A model generated the notes under the pieces. It ran no database searches, was not told the DNA's origin, and saw only the letters and a list, made by a program, of their open reading frames with translations. 64,000 nucleotides of DNA, from NCBI GenBank assembly GCA_965278965.1, contig OZ257127.1, positions 2,676,911 to 2,740,910 on the forward strand, in the 5' to 3' direction. The position numbers and the translations under genes are program-made. Position 1 is the first letter of the stretch, and every line of letters starts with the position of its first letter. This document shows, in pieces, positions 54,575 to 64,000 of this stretch. This DNA is from Actinomycetes bacterium. GTDB taxonomy: Bacteria > Actinomycetota > Actinomycetes > S36-B12.

Positions 54575-55399
54575 GTGGACGCGGCGCGGGTGAGCATCGG
54601 GGAGTTCTCGCGCATGACCCACCTGAGCGCGAAAGCGCTCCGGCTCTACCACCGCGACGGCATCCTCGTTCCCGCCGAGGTCGACCCGGTCACCGGATAC
54701 CGCTGGTACGACGTCGACCAGGTCGGCACCGCTCAGGTGGTGCGCCGCCTGCGCGACCTGGACCTGCCGCTCGACGACGTGCACGCCGTCCTGACTGCCC
54801 CGACCGCGGCGCAGCGCGGGGCCGTGCTCGCCGACCACCTCGCCCGTCGGGAGGCCGAGCTCGAGCGGACCCGCAACGCCGTGGACTCGCTGCGCCGCCT
54901 GCTGGCCGACCCACCGCTCGACATCGCCGTCGAGCACCGGTCGGTTCCGGCCACCCCGGTCATCTCGGTCCGGGCGACGATCGCGCTGGCCGACCTCGGT
55001 CCGTGGTGGACCCAGGCTTTCGCGTCCCTCGACGAGGCCATCTCGGGCGGTCGGGTGCGTGCCGTCGGCCCGCGCGGGGCGCTGTTCTCGACCGCGTTGT
55101 TCGCGCAGGAGTGGGGTGAGGCCGCCGCCTACCGGCCCGTCGACCCGGAGACGATGCGGGAGCTGCCCGACGGCGTCACCGTGGAGACCCTGCCTGCCGT
55201 CGAGCTCGCGGTCGCCGTCCACGACGGCCCGGACGCCGACACCGACCGCGTGTACGGGGCCGTGGGCCGGTACGTGGCCACCCACGCGCTGGGAGTGCCC
55301 GGGCCGGTCCGTGAGACGTACCTGTCCTGGCCGGTCGGTGACCATTCGGCCCATCCGGTGACCGAGATCGGCTGGCCGGTCTTCGCGATGTCGGGCTGA
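54575..55399 (+). CDS. MerR family transcriptional regulator with a GyrI-like effector domain
   Basis: HTH segment IGEFSRMTHLSAKALRLYHRDGILVP. The start is GTG 54575 or, more typical for the family, GTG 54590. C-terminal region of about 150 aa. Confidence 0.85.
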   Translation: MDAARVSIGEFSRMTHLSAKALRLYHRDGILVPAEVDPVTGYRWYDVDQVGTAQVVRRLRDLDLPLDDVHAVLTAPTAAQRGAVLADHLARREAELERTRNAVDSLRRLLADPPLDIAVEHRSVPATPVISVRATIALADLGPWWTQAFASLDEAISGGRVRAVGPRGALFSTALFAQEWGEAAAYRPVDPETMRELPDGVTVETLPAVELAVAVHDGPDADTDRVYGAVGRYVATHALGVPGPVRETYLSWPVGDHSAHPVTEIGWPVFAMSG

Positions 55400-55412
55400 C
55401 GAACCCGAGCGG

Positions 55413-55862
55413 TCAGGCGTTGGCCGGGACGAGGCGGTAGGTCCACACCCCGCGCGTGCCGCCAGCGTCGCCGGCGAGCACCGAGAGGGTCGCCGGGGCG
55501 CCGACCTGGGCCTCGGTCGGTGTGAAACGGAAGTACGTGTCGGTCACGGGGTTCTCGGTGAGCCGGGTGCCGCCGAGCACCGGGTACCAGCCGACCTCGG
55601 CCACCGTCGGGTCGACCGAGATGCCGATCGTCTGGCCGGCCACGGCCGGGATCGTCGCGGACTCCGGCGGGGAGATCAGGTCGGCTCCGCACGAGTCGGC
55701 GCTGAGGTAGGAGCCCTCAGGCGCCCAGCAGGCGGCCGGTCGGTACACGCTGTTCGTGCCTGAGAACGCGGTCGCGCCGGGGTTCGGCTTGTCGCAGGCG
55801 GTGAGGCCCACGGCCACGACGGCCAGGGCGGGAACGGCGAGGAGCAGCCGGGCGCGAGTCAT
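55413..55862 (-). CDS. lipoprotein (DUF2771-like)
   Basis: 149 aa. Signal peptide with lipobox VGLTAC. Confidence 0.65.
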   Translation of the reverse strand: MTRARLLLAVPALAVVAVGLTACDKPNPGATAFSGTNSVYRPAACWAPEGSYLSADSCGADLISPPESATIPAVAGQTIGISVDPTVAEVGWYPVLGGTRLTENPVTDTYFRFTPTEAQVGAPATLSVLAGDAGGTRGVWTYRLVPANA

Positions 55863-55906
55863 GCCGCGAGACTACCGCTGGCCCCGGCGCGTCCCGCGCT
55901 CGCGCC

Positions 55907-56701
55907 GTGGGCGAGAATCGCCCGGTGAACGCGACGCAGGTCAAGCCCGATGCCGTCCTCGCGGCGGCCGTCGACACCGCCCGTGCGGCCGCGGTCGTGG
56001 AGGCCGGCGCCGACGTCGTCGGTGACCACGTCGGCGTCGTCATGGAGGCCGACCGGATCGCGACGCACGCGTTCGAGTCCCGCCACCCGGCCTACGTCGG
56101 CTGGCAGTGGGCCGTCACCATCACGCGCGCCCCTCGCTCGAAGACCGTGACCGTCGACGACGTCGTGCTCCTGCCCGGCGACGGTGCGCTCGTCGCCCCG
56201 CCGTGGGTGCCCTGGGCCGAACGGGTCCGCCCCGGCGACCTCGGCCCCGGCGACGTGCTGCCGACCGCGCCGGACGACGCGCGGCTGGTCGCCGGCCTGA
56301 CCGGCGAGGACGACCTCGAGTCGCTCGCGTCGCTGTCCCCGCTGCAGCCGGGCATGTGGGAGATCGGCCTCGGTCGCGTCCGCGTGCTGTCCGCCACCGG
56401 CCGTGACGACGCCGCCGACCGCTGGGTCGAGGGCGACTTCGGCCCGACGACGACGATGGCCCGGCACACCGCCCTGGACTGCGCCACCTGTGGCTTCATG
56501 CTGCCGGTGGGTGGGCCGCTCGGTCAGCAGTTCGCCATCTGCGCCAACCACATGAGCCCGGCGGACGGCCGGGTCGTGGCGTTGACGTACGGCTGCGGCG
56601 CGCACTCGGAGATCGAGGCCGACGTCGTGCCGCGTCCGTCCGCGTCCTACGACGAGACCGGCATTGACCCGCTGGAGCTGGACGACCTCGGCCACTCCTG
56701 A
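55907..56701 (+). CDS. DUF3027 domain-containing protein
   Basis: 264 aa. C-terminal Cys/His cluster CATCGF...CANHMSP...YGCGAHSE, as I recall for DUF3027. Alternative GTG start at 55925. Confidence 0.7.
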   Translation: MGENRPVNATQVKPDAVLAAAVDTARAAAVVEAGADVVGDHVGVVMEADRIATHAFESRHPAYVGWQWAVTITRAPRSKTVTVDDVVLLPGDGALVAPPWVPWAERVRPGDLGPGDVLPTAPDDARLVAGLTGEDDLESLASLSPLQPGMWEIGLGRVRVLSATGRDDAADRWVEGDFGPTTTMARHTALDCATCGFMLPVGGPLGQQFAICANHMSPADGRVVALTYGCGAHSEIEADVVPRPSASYDETGIDPLELDDLGHS

Positions 56702-56714
56702 ACGACGGGCACGA

Positions 56715-56936
56715 TCAGTGTGCGCGCCGGCGTCGGCGCCACACGAGGAACACCAGGCCGCCGGCTCCGCTGACCAGCCCGACGAGCGTGACGCCCAGCC
56801 ACCACTGCCGTCCCTGCGCGGCGAGGTTGTCGCCCTGGAGCAGGAGCACGACGAGCGCGACCGCCCAGACGGTCGTCCCGACGGCGACAGGCAGCACCGC
56901 ATCGGAGTCGGAGTGGCCGGGGCCTGACGTGGTCAT
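56715..56936 (-). CDS. DUF2530-like small membrane protein
   Basis: 73 aa with two TM segments and a C-terminal WRRRRRAH. Confidence 0.65.
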   Translation of the reverse strand: MTTSGPGHSDSDAVLPVAVGTTVWAVALVVLLLQGDNLAAQGRQWWLGVTLVGLVSGAGGLVFLVWRRRRRAH

Positions 56937-56996
56937 GACGCGGCAACGCTAGCGCGCTCCGGCGACGGGCCGCCGGGCTCGGCCTACCCTGGGACC

Positions 56997-57923
56997 GTGG
57001 ACCCCCGGACCCGGCGCTTCGTCACGCTCGCGGTCCTGCTCTCCCTCATCGCCGTCATCGTGATCGCGGCGCTCGCCGGCCGGTCGAACGCGGAGCAGCC
57101 CGGGGCCGTTCCCGCGCCGGCCGCTGGCGTGGTCGATGCGCCCGCGGCGGCCCCGGCCGTCGACGGCTGGTCCACGGTCTGCCGCTTCTCCGACGAGCGG
57201 TTCACCGAGATCAGCGGGATGACGTACTCCCAGCGGCACCCCGGCGTCATCTACGTGCACAACGACTCCGGCGGAGGGCCGTACGTCTACGCCGTCGACG
57301 CCGCTACCTGCCGCACGATCGCGCGGCTCACGATCGCCGGCATCGAGGCCCGCGACCTTGAGGCGATCGGTTCGGGACGCGATGCCAAGGGTCGTCCGGT
57401 GCTGTGGGTTGCCGACACCGGCGACAACCAGAGCTCGTGGCCGTCCGTCCGGCTGCACCGCGTGCGCGAGCCGAAGGTGCTGCGGGACCGCACCGTGCGG
57501 GCGCGGACGTACGCGTTCACGTACCCGGACCGGCCGCACGACGCCGAGGCGATCCTCACCGACCCGAAGTCCAGCAGGGTCTGGGTCGTCACGAAGCAGT
57601 CCGCCGCGGGATCGATCTACCGGGTCGACCCGCGGCCCGGGCGTACCGTCGTCGCGACCCCCGTTCGCAAGGTCGGGGCGTTCGTGACCGATGGCTCAGT
57701 CAGCCCGGACGGGACGCGGTTCGTGCTGCGCGACTACGTGGACGCCCTGGTCTACCCCGGTCTGCCTCCCGGGGGCAGCCCGAGTCGGGTCTACCTGCCG
57801 CTGCAGCTGCAGGGGGAGGCGATCACGTGGACCCCGGACGGCAAGGCGCTCCTGGTGGCCAGCGAGCGAGACAGCCGCTTGCTGCGCGTCGACCCGGTTG
57901 CCGCCGCCGCACCCGTCAGCTGA
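56997..57923 (+). CDS. membrane-anchored or secreted hypothetical protein (possible beta-propeller)
   Basis: 308 aa from GTG 56997. N-terminal TM segment FVTLAVLLSLIAVIVIAALA. High GC3. No family named. Confidence 0.6.
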   Translation: MDPRTRRFVTLAVLLSLIAVIVIAALAGRSNAEQPGAVPAPAAGVVDAPAAAPAVDGWSTVCRFSDERFTEISGMTYSQRHPGVIYVHNDSGGGPYVYAVDAATCRTIARLTIAGIEARDLEAIGSGRDAKGRPVLWVADTGDNQSSWPSVRLHRVREPKVLRDRTVRARTYAFTYPDRPHDAEAILTDPKSSRVWVVTKQSAAGSIYRVDPRPGRTVVATPVRKVGAFVTDGSVSPDGTRFVLRDYVDALVYPGLPPGGSPSRVYLPLQLQGEAITWTPDGKALLVASERDSRLLRVDPVAAAAPVS

Positions 57924-58154
57924 GGCCCCCTCTCGTGCTGGACGTCCCGGAAAGCGGGACGTGCGGGGCGACACGCCGGTGGCAGGCCCCCTCTCGTGCT
58001 GGACGTCCCGGAAAGCGGGACGTGCGGGGCGACACGCCGGTGGCAGGCCCCCTCTCGTGCTGGACGTCCCGGAAAGCGGGACGTGCGGCACGACACGCCG
58101 GTGGCAGGCCCCCTCTCGTGCTGGACGTCCCGGAAAGCGGGACGTGCGGCACGA
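57924..58154. repeat. 61-bp tandem repeat, 3.8 copies, each unit with an 8-bp-stem hairpin
   Basis: The unit is GGCCCCCTCTCGTGCTGGACGTCCCGGAAAGCGGGACGTGCGGGGCGACACGCCGGTGGCA, at 57924, 57985, 58046 and 58107 (partial, 48 nt). Units 1 and 2 are identical. Units 3 and 4 carry GGCAC in place of GGGGC. Confidence 0.95.
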
Positions 58155-58161
58155 AGAAGGG

Positions 58162-60491
<2,330 letters not shown>

Positions 60492-60558
60492 CTAGGGGGC
60501 GGTTCGCCAACCCTAGACCGTGATCGGACGCGACCCGACCACGGGCATCAGCCGGCTC

Positions 60559-61683
60559 TCAGGCGGGGGAGTACCCGGACGGGGCGACCAGCACCGGGTC
60601 CCAGCCGGGCACCTGCTGCGGCGTCCGCGGCCCGTGCCCGACGTAGCGCGCCGACGGCCGGATGAGCCGACCGGTGCGCTTCTGCTCGAGGATGTGGGCG
60701 CTCCAGCCCGCCAGCCGTGCGCACGTGAACATCGACGTGAACATGTCGGCGGGGACCTCCGCGAAGTCCAGGACGATCGCGGCCCAGAACTCGACGTTCG
60801 TCTCCAGGACGCGGTCGGGGCGACGCTCGCGCAGCTCCTTCAGCGCCGCACGCTCCAGCGCCTCCGCGACCTGGTAGCGGGGAGCGTCGAGCTCGCGGGC
60901 CGTGCGCCGCAGCACGCGGGCCCGCGGGTCCTCGGCGCGGTAGACCCGGTGGCCGAACCCCATGAGCCGCTCGCCGCGGTCGAGGACGCCCTTGACGTAC
61001 GCGTCAGCGTCGCCGGAGGCCTCGATCTCCTCGATCATGTGCAGCACGCGTGACGGCGCGCCGCCGTGGAGCGGACCGCTCATCGCGCCCACCGCACCGG
61101 AGATCGCCGCCGCGACGTCGGCGCCCGTGGAGGCGATGACGCGGGCGGTGAACGTCGAGGCGTTCATGCCGTGCTCGGCGGCCGAGACGAAGTACGCATC
61201 GACGGCCTGCACGTGGCGCGGGTCGGGGTCGCCACGCCAGCGGCGCATCATGCGCTCGACGACCGTCGTCGCCTCGTCGATGTGCGCCTCCGGCACCTTC
61301 GGCTTGTCGATGCCGCGAGCGGACTGCGCGGCGAACGCCATCGCCTGCACCGAGACCCTCGCGAGGTTGTCGCGCGCGAGGTCGTCGTCGATGTCGAGGA
61401 GGGGGCGCATGTCGTAGATCGGGGCGAGCATCGCGATGCTGGCCTGAACGTCGACCCGGACGTTGCCGGAGTGCACCGGGATGGGGAACGGCTCGGCGAC
61501 CGGGAGCCCAGGCCCGAACTCGTTGTCGACGAGGAGCCCCCACACGTTGCCGAAGGAGACCTTGCCGACGAGGTCCTCGATGTCGACGCCGCGGTAGCGC
61601 AGCACGCTGCCGTCGCGGTCCGGCTCGGCGATCTGGGTCTCGAACGCGATGACGCCTTCAAGTCCTGGCACGAATTCGGCCAC
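60559..61683 (-). CDS. citA: citrate synthase family protein (CitA-like)
   Basis: GTG 61683 with a GGAGGGAG RBS is preferred over the 61719 track start. Signature MGFGHRVYRAEDPRA. 374 aa. Confidence 0.85.
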   Translation of the reverse strand: MAEFVPGLEGVIAFETQIAEPDRDGSVLRYRGVDIEDLVGKVSFGNVWGLLVDNEFGPGLPVAEPFPIPVHSGNVRVDVQASIAMLAPIYDMRPLLDIDDDLARDNLARVSVQAMAFAAQSARGIDKPKVPEAHIDEATTVVERMMRRWRGDPDPRHVQAVDAYFVSAAEHGMNASTFTARVIASTGADVAAAISGAVGAMSGPLHGGAPSRVLHMIEEIEASGDADAYVKGVLDRGERLMGFGHRVYRAEDPRARVLRRTARELDAPRYQVAEALERAALKELRERRPDRVLETNVEFWAAIVLDFAEVPADMFTSMFTCARLAGWSAHILEQKRTGRLIRPSARYVGHGPRTPQQVPGWDPVLVAPSGYSPA

Positions 61684-61755
61684 GGTCCGACTCCCTCCGG
61701 TGGTGCATGTGCCGCCCATTCAACAGCGCGGACCGATCGGTGGTGAGATCGGGCC

Positions 61756-62445
61756 ATGACTTCGCAAGCGGACGGCGCCGGCGACCCGGCGGACCTGGCG
61801 GCGCTGCGCGTCTCGTACGAGGGACGCACGCTCGACGAGGCGGACCTGGCGGCGACGCCGTTGGCGCAGTTCCGCGCCTGGTTCTCCGATGCGGTGGCCG
61901 CCGCTCTGCCCGAGCCGAACGCGATGGTCCTGGCCACCGCGGACGCCGAGGGCCAGCCGAGCGGGCGGACCGTGCTGCTCAAGGACGCCGACTCCCGCGG
62001 CTTCGTGTTCTTCACGAACTACGGCTCCCGCAAGAGCCAGGACCTCGACGCGAACCCCCGGGCGTCGCTGGTGTTCCCGTGGTTCGCGATGCACCGGCAG
62101 GTCGTCGTCGTCGGCTCGGTCGAGCGCGTCGACCGCGACGAGGCGGCGGCGTACTTCGCCGTGCGACCGCGCGGGTCGCGCCTGGGGGCGTGGGCGAGCC
62201 GTCAGTCGAGCGTCGTGGAGGACCGGGCCGCGCTCGACGACGCCTACCAGCGCGCCGAGACCGAGCACGGCGACGCAGCCGACGTCCCGGAGTTCTGGGG
62301 CGGCTGGCTCGTCCGCCCGGCGACCGTCGAGTTCTGGCAGGGCCGGGCCTCGCGCATGCACGACCGGCTGCGCTTTCGGGCTGGGTCTGCCGGTGTCCCG
62401 ACGGACGCCGGCGCCGGGTGGACGGTGGAGCGGCTCGCGCCATAG
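61756..62445 (+). CDS. pdxH: pyridoxamine 5'-phosphate oxidase
   Basis: 229 aa. RTVLLKDADSRGFVFFTNYGSRKSQDL and the C-terminal signature EFWQGRASRMHDRLRF. Confidence 0.9.
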   Translation: MTSQADGAGDPADLAALRVSYEGRTLDEADLAATPLAQFRAWFSDAVAAALPEPNAMVLATADAEGQPSGRTVLLKDADSRGFVFFTNYGSRKSQDLDANPRASLVFPWFAMHRQVVVVGSVERVDRDEAAAYFAVRPRGSRLGAWASRQSSVVEDRAALDDAYQRAETEHGDAADVPEFWGGWLVRPATVEFWQGRASRMHDRLRFRAGSAGVPTDAGAGWTVERLAP

Positions 62446-62490
62446 CCGCGCCTCAGGTCGCTCGTCGTGTGCTCGTCGGGCGTTCGTCGG

Positions 62491-62820
62491 TCAGTGCAGG
62501 ACGAGCGTCAGGTCGGTGCCCGCGCAGTCGTCCGGGGCGTCGCCGCCGAGCGCGTCGTCCAGCACGCTGCACAGCCGGTTCACGTCGGCGCGCTGCGGGT
62601 TCAAGCCCAGGTGGAACTCACGGATATTCGGCACGCCGTCGCGGTCCGCATCGGCCTTGGCGTTCGGCCGGCGCCAGTCCAATCCGTGGGCCTTCTCCCA
62701 CCGGTCGGGCATGCCGTCGCCGTCGGTGTCCTTCGCCTTCGCGACGGCCGCGGGCGCCAGCGTCGTCGCGGCGAGGAGCACTGCGGTCGCCGTCGCCACG
62801 AGGCAGCGGTTCGTGCCCAT
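62491..62820 (-). CDS. secreted calcium-binding protein with thrombospondin type-3-like repeats
   Basis: ATG 62820 with a GAGGGGGG RBS. Signal peptide MGTNRCLVATATAVLLAATTLAPAAVA. Asp-rich repeats DTDGDGMPD and DADRDGVPN. Confidence 0.6.
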   Translation of the reverse strand: MGTNRCLVATATAVLLAATTLAPAAVAKAKDTDGDGMPDRWEKAHGLDWRRPNAKADADRDGVPNIREFHLGLNPQRADVNRLCSVLDDALGGDAPDDCAGTDLTLVLH

Positions 62821-62917
62821 CGGACCCCCCTCGCGACACGTAGCGCCCAGGGTCCCACGGACGGCACGGGGGCGAAAGTGCCCGCTACGGTGCTGCCTTC
62901 CGAGGGAGGACACCGCC

Positions 62918-64000
62918 GTGGCGAATGCCTGGACGCGCAGCTACGGCCTGGTGCCGATGCGCCCGCGTGACCCGTCCGAGTCCCACCGCGCGGCCAGCCC
63001 GCTCGAGCTCCTCTTCGACCTCGTCTTCGTCGTCGCCGTGTCCGTGTCGTCGGTCGCGCTCTTCGACATCGAGGCGGAGGGGCAGCTGGGCCACGCCGTG
63101 GGCGGATACCTCGCGGTGTTCTTCGCGATCTGGTGGGCCTGGATGGGGTTCACGTGGTTCGCGACCTCGTTCGACACCGACGACTGGCTCTACCGCGTGA
63201 TGACGGTCGTGCAGATGGGCGGCGCGCTCGTCATCGCGGCCGGCGCGAAGGCAGGGATCCTCGACGGCGACATCACCTGGGTCGTCATCGGCTACGTCAT
63301 CATGCGCGTCGTCTCGATCTCACAGTGGATCCGCGTCGCGATCTCGAACCCGACTTACCGGGGCACGGCCCTGCGGTACGCGGTCGGCATCGGCGTGCTG
63401 CAGGTGTTCTGGGTGCTGCTGCTATGGGCGCCGGCCGGGTGGCTGCGCCCGTGCTTCCTCATCCTCGTCGTCCTCGAGGCGCTCGTGCCCGTCGTCGCCG
63501 AGCGGCATCACCCCACGCCGTGGCACCCGCACCACATCACCGAGCGGTACGGCCTGTTCACGATCATCCTGCTCGGCGAGTCGATCCTCGCCTCGTCCAA
63601 CGCGGTGTTCGCCGCGATCGAGAGCGGCGAGGGCCCGTTGCCGTTCATCACGATCGCCGTTCTCGCCCTGGTCATCGTCGCGGGGATGTGGTGGCTGTAC
63701 TTCGCCCGGCCCATGCACGAGTACCTCGTGTCGGTGACGTCGTCGCTGATCTTCGGCTACTTCCACTACGTGATCTTCGCCGCCGCTGGCGCCTTCTCCG
63801 CCGGCGTCGAGGTGGCCGTCGCCGTAGCCGAGCACGAGACGCATCTCGGTGCGGTCGTCGCCCGGGCGACGCTCGCCGTTCCGGTCGGCCTGTTCGTCCT
63901 CGGCGTGTGGTGGCTGGCCATCCGACGCACCCTGCCGCGCCGGGCGAACGTCCTCGTCGTGGCGATCGGCCTGGTGATCGCGGCGTCGGTGCTCGTGCCG
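62918..64000 (+). CDS. low-temperature-requirement A (LtrA)-like membrane protein, 3' partial (runs off the window)
   Basis: Not in the ORF track because it has no stop in the window. GTG 62918 after GAGGGAGGA. My own translation gives PLELLFDLVFVVAV, FFAIWWAWMGFTWF and HITERYGLFTIILLGESIL, which are LtrA-family hallmarks. The frame stays open to 64000. Confidence 0.8.
   Translation, partial: MANAWTRSYGLVPMRPRDPSESHRAASPLELLFDLVFVVAVSVSSVALFDIEAEGQLGHAVGGYLAVFFAIWWAWMGFTWFATSFDTDDWLYRVMTVVQMGGALVIAAGAKAGILDGDITWVVIGYVIMRVVSISQWIRVAISNPTYRGTALRYAVGIGVLQVFWVLLLWAPAGWLRPCFLILVVLEALVPVVAERHHPTPWHPHHITERYGLFTIILLGESILASSNAVFAAIESGEGPLPFITIAVLALVIVAGMWWLYFARPMHEYLVSVTSSLIFGYFHYVIFAAAGAFSAGVEVAVAVAEHETHLGAVVARATLAVPVGLFVLGVWWLAIRRTLPRRANVLVVAIGLVIAASVLVP

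Noticed and set aside
57924-58154. Possible CRISPR array
   Set aside because: The 61-bp units are contiguous and identical along their whole length, with no unique spacers between repeats. No cas genes are in the window. This is a plain tandem minisatellite.

Overview
This is a high-GC (about 70%+), gene-dense window that looks like an actinobacterial chromosome. I call about 60 protein-coding genes, one tRNA-Thr(UGU) and no rRNA, CRISPR array, integrase or transposase. All calls rest on motifs read by eye and on the supplied ORF track. No database search was run.

Gene content from left to right:
- 78-5230: a Rieske oxygenase cluster with its reductase, a TIM-barrel enzyme, an NTF2-like protein and two SDRs.
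- 6847-13720: a divergent cluster ending in a TetR gene, with two APH-fold kinases and two unknown proteins.
- 14212-25259: a block of CoA-ester metabolism genes. These are an SDR, a thiolase, a crotonase coupled to a split transketolase, EtfBA, a MeaA-like B12 mutase, a CitE-like lyase and an acyl-CoA dehydrogenase.
- 25282-29117: a Nudix hydrolase, a secreted LTD-CotH protein coupled to an RsbW-like ATPase, and ParA.
- 29084-47123: a dimethylglycine-dehydrogenase-like enzyme, kynureninase, groEL behind two CIRCE operators, a multi-PAS diguanylate cyclase, GlpD and an XPB helicase.
- 51202-64000: a cupredoxin-like protein with a multicopper oxidase, then a conserved block (csp, DUF3027, DUF2530, serC, citrate synthase, pdxH) that, from memory, resembles the mycobacterial Rv0861c-Rv0889c neighbourhood.

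Most unusual observations:
1. Two diverged ~1.5-kb hairpin plus DUF222-HNH elements sit in inverted orientation around 40 kb. Each is broken by a different lesion.
2. A 61-bp hairpin-containing tandem repeat (3.8 copies) fills almost an entire convergent intergenic region.
3. A two-member hairpin family has conserved outer arms and compensatory inner-stem changes.
4. The CitE-like gene carries foreign-looking codon usage that switches back to host usage inside the ORF.
5. The TetR-linked dual-kinase cluster and the transketolase-crotonase operon match no pathway I can name.

No canonical defence or mobile system is evident. The final LtrA-like ORF runs off the window and is missing from the ORF track.
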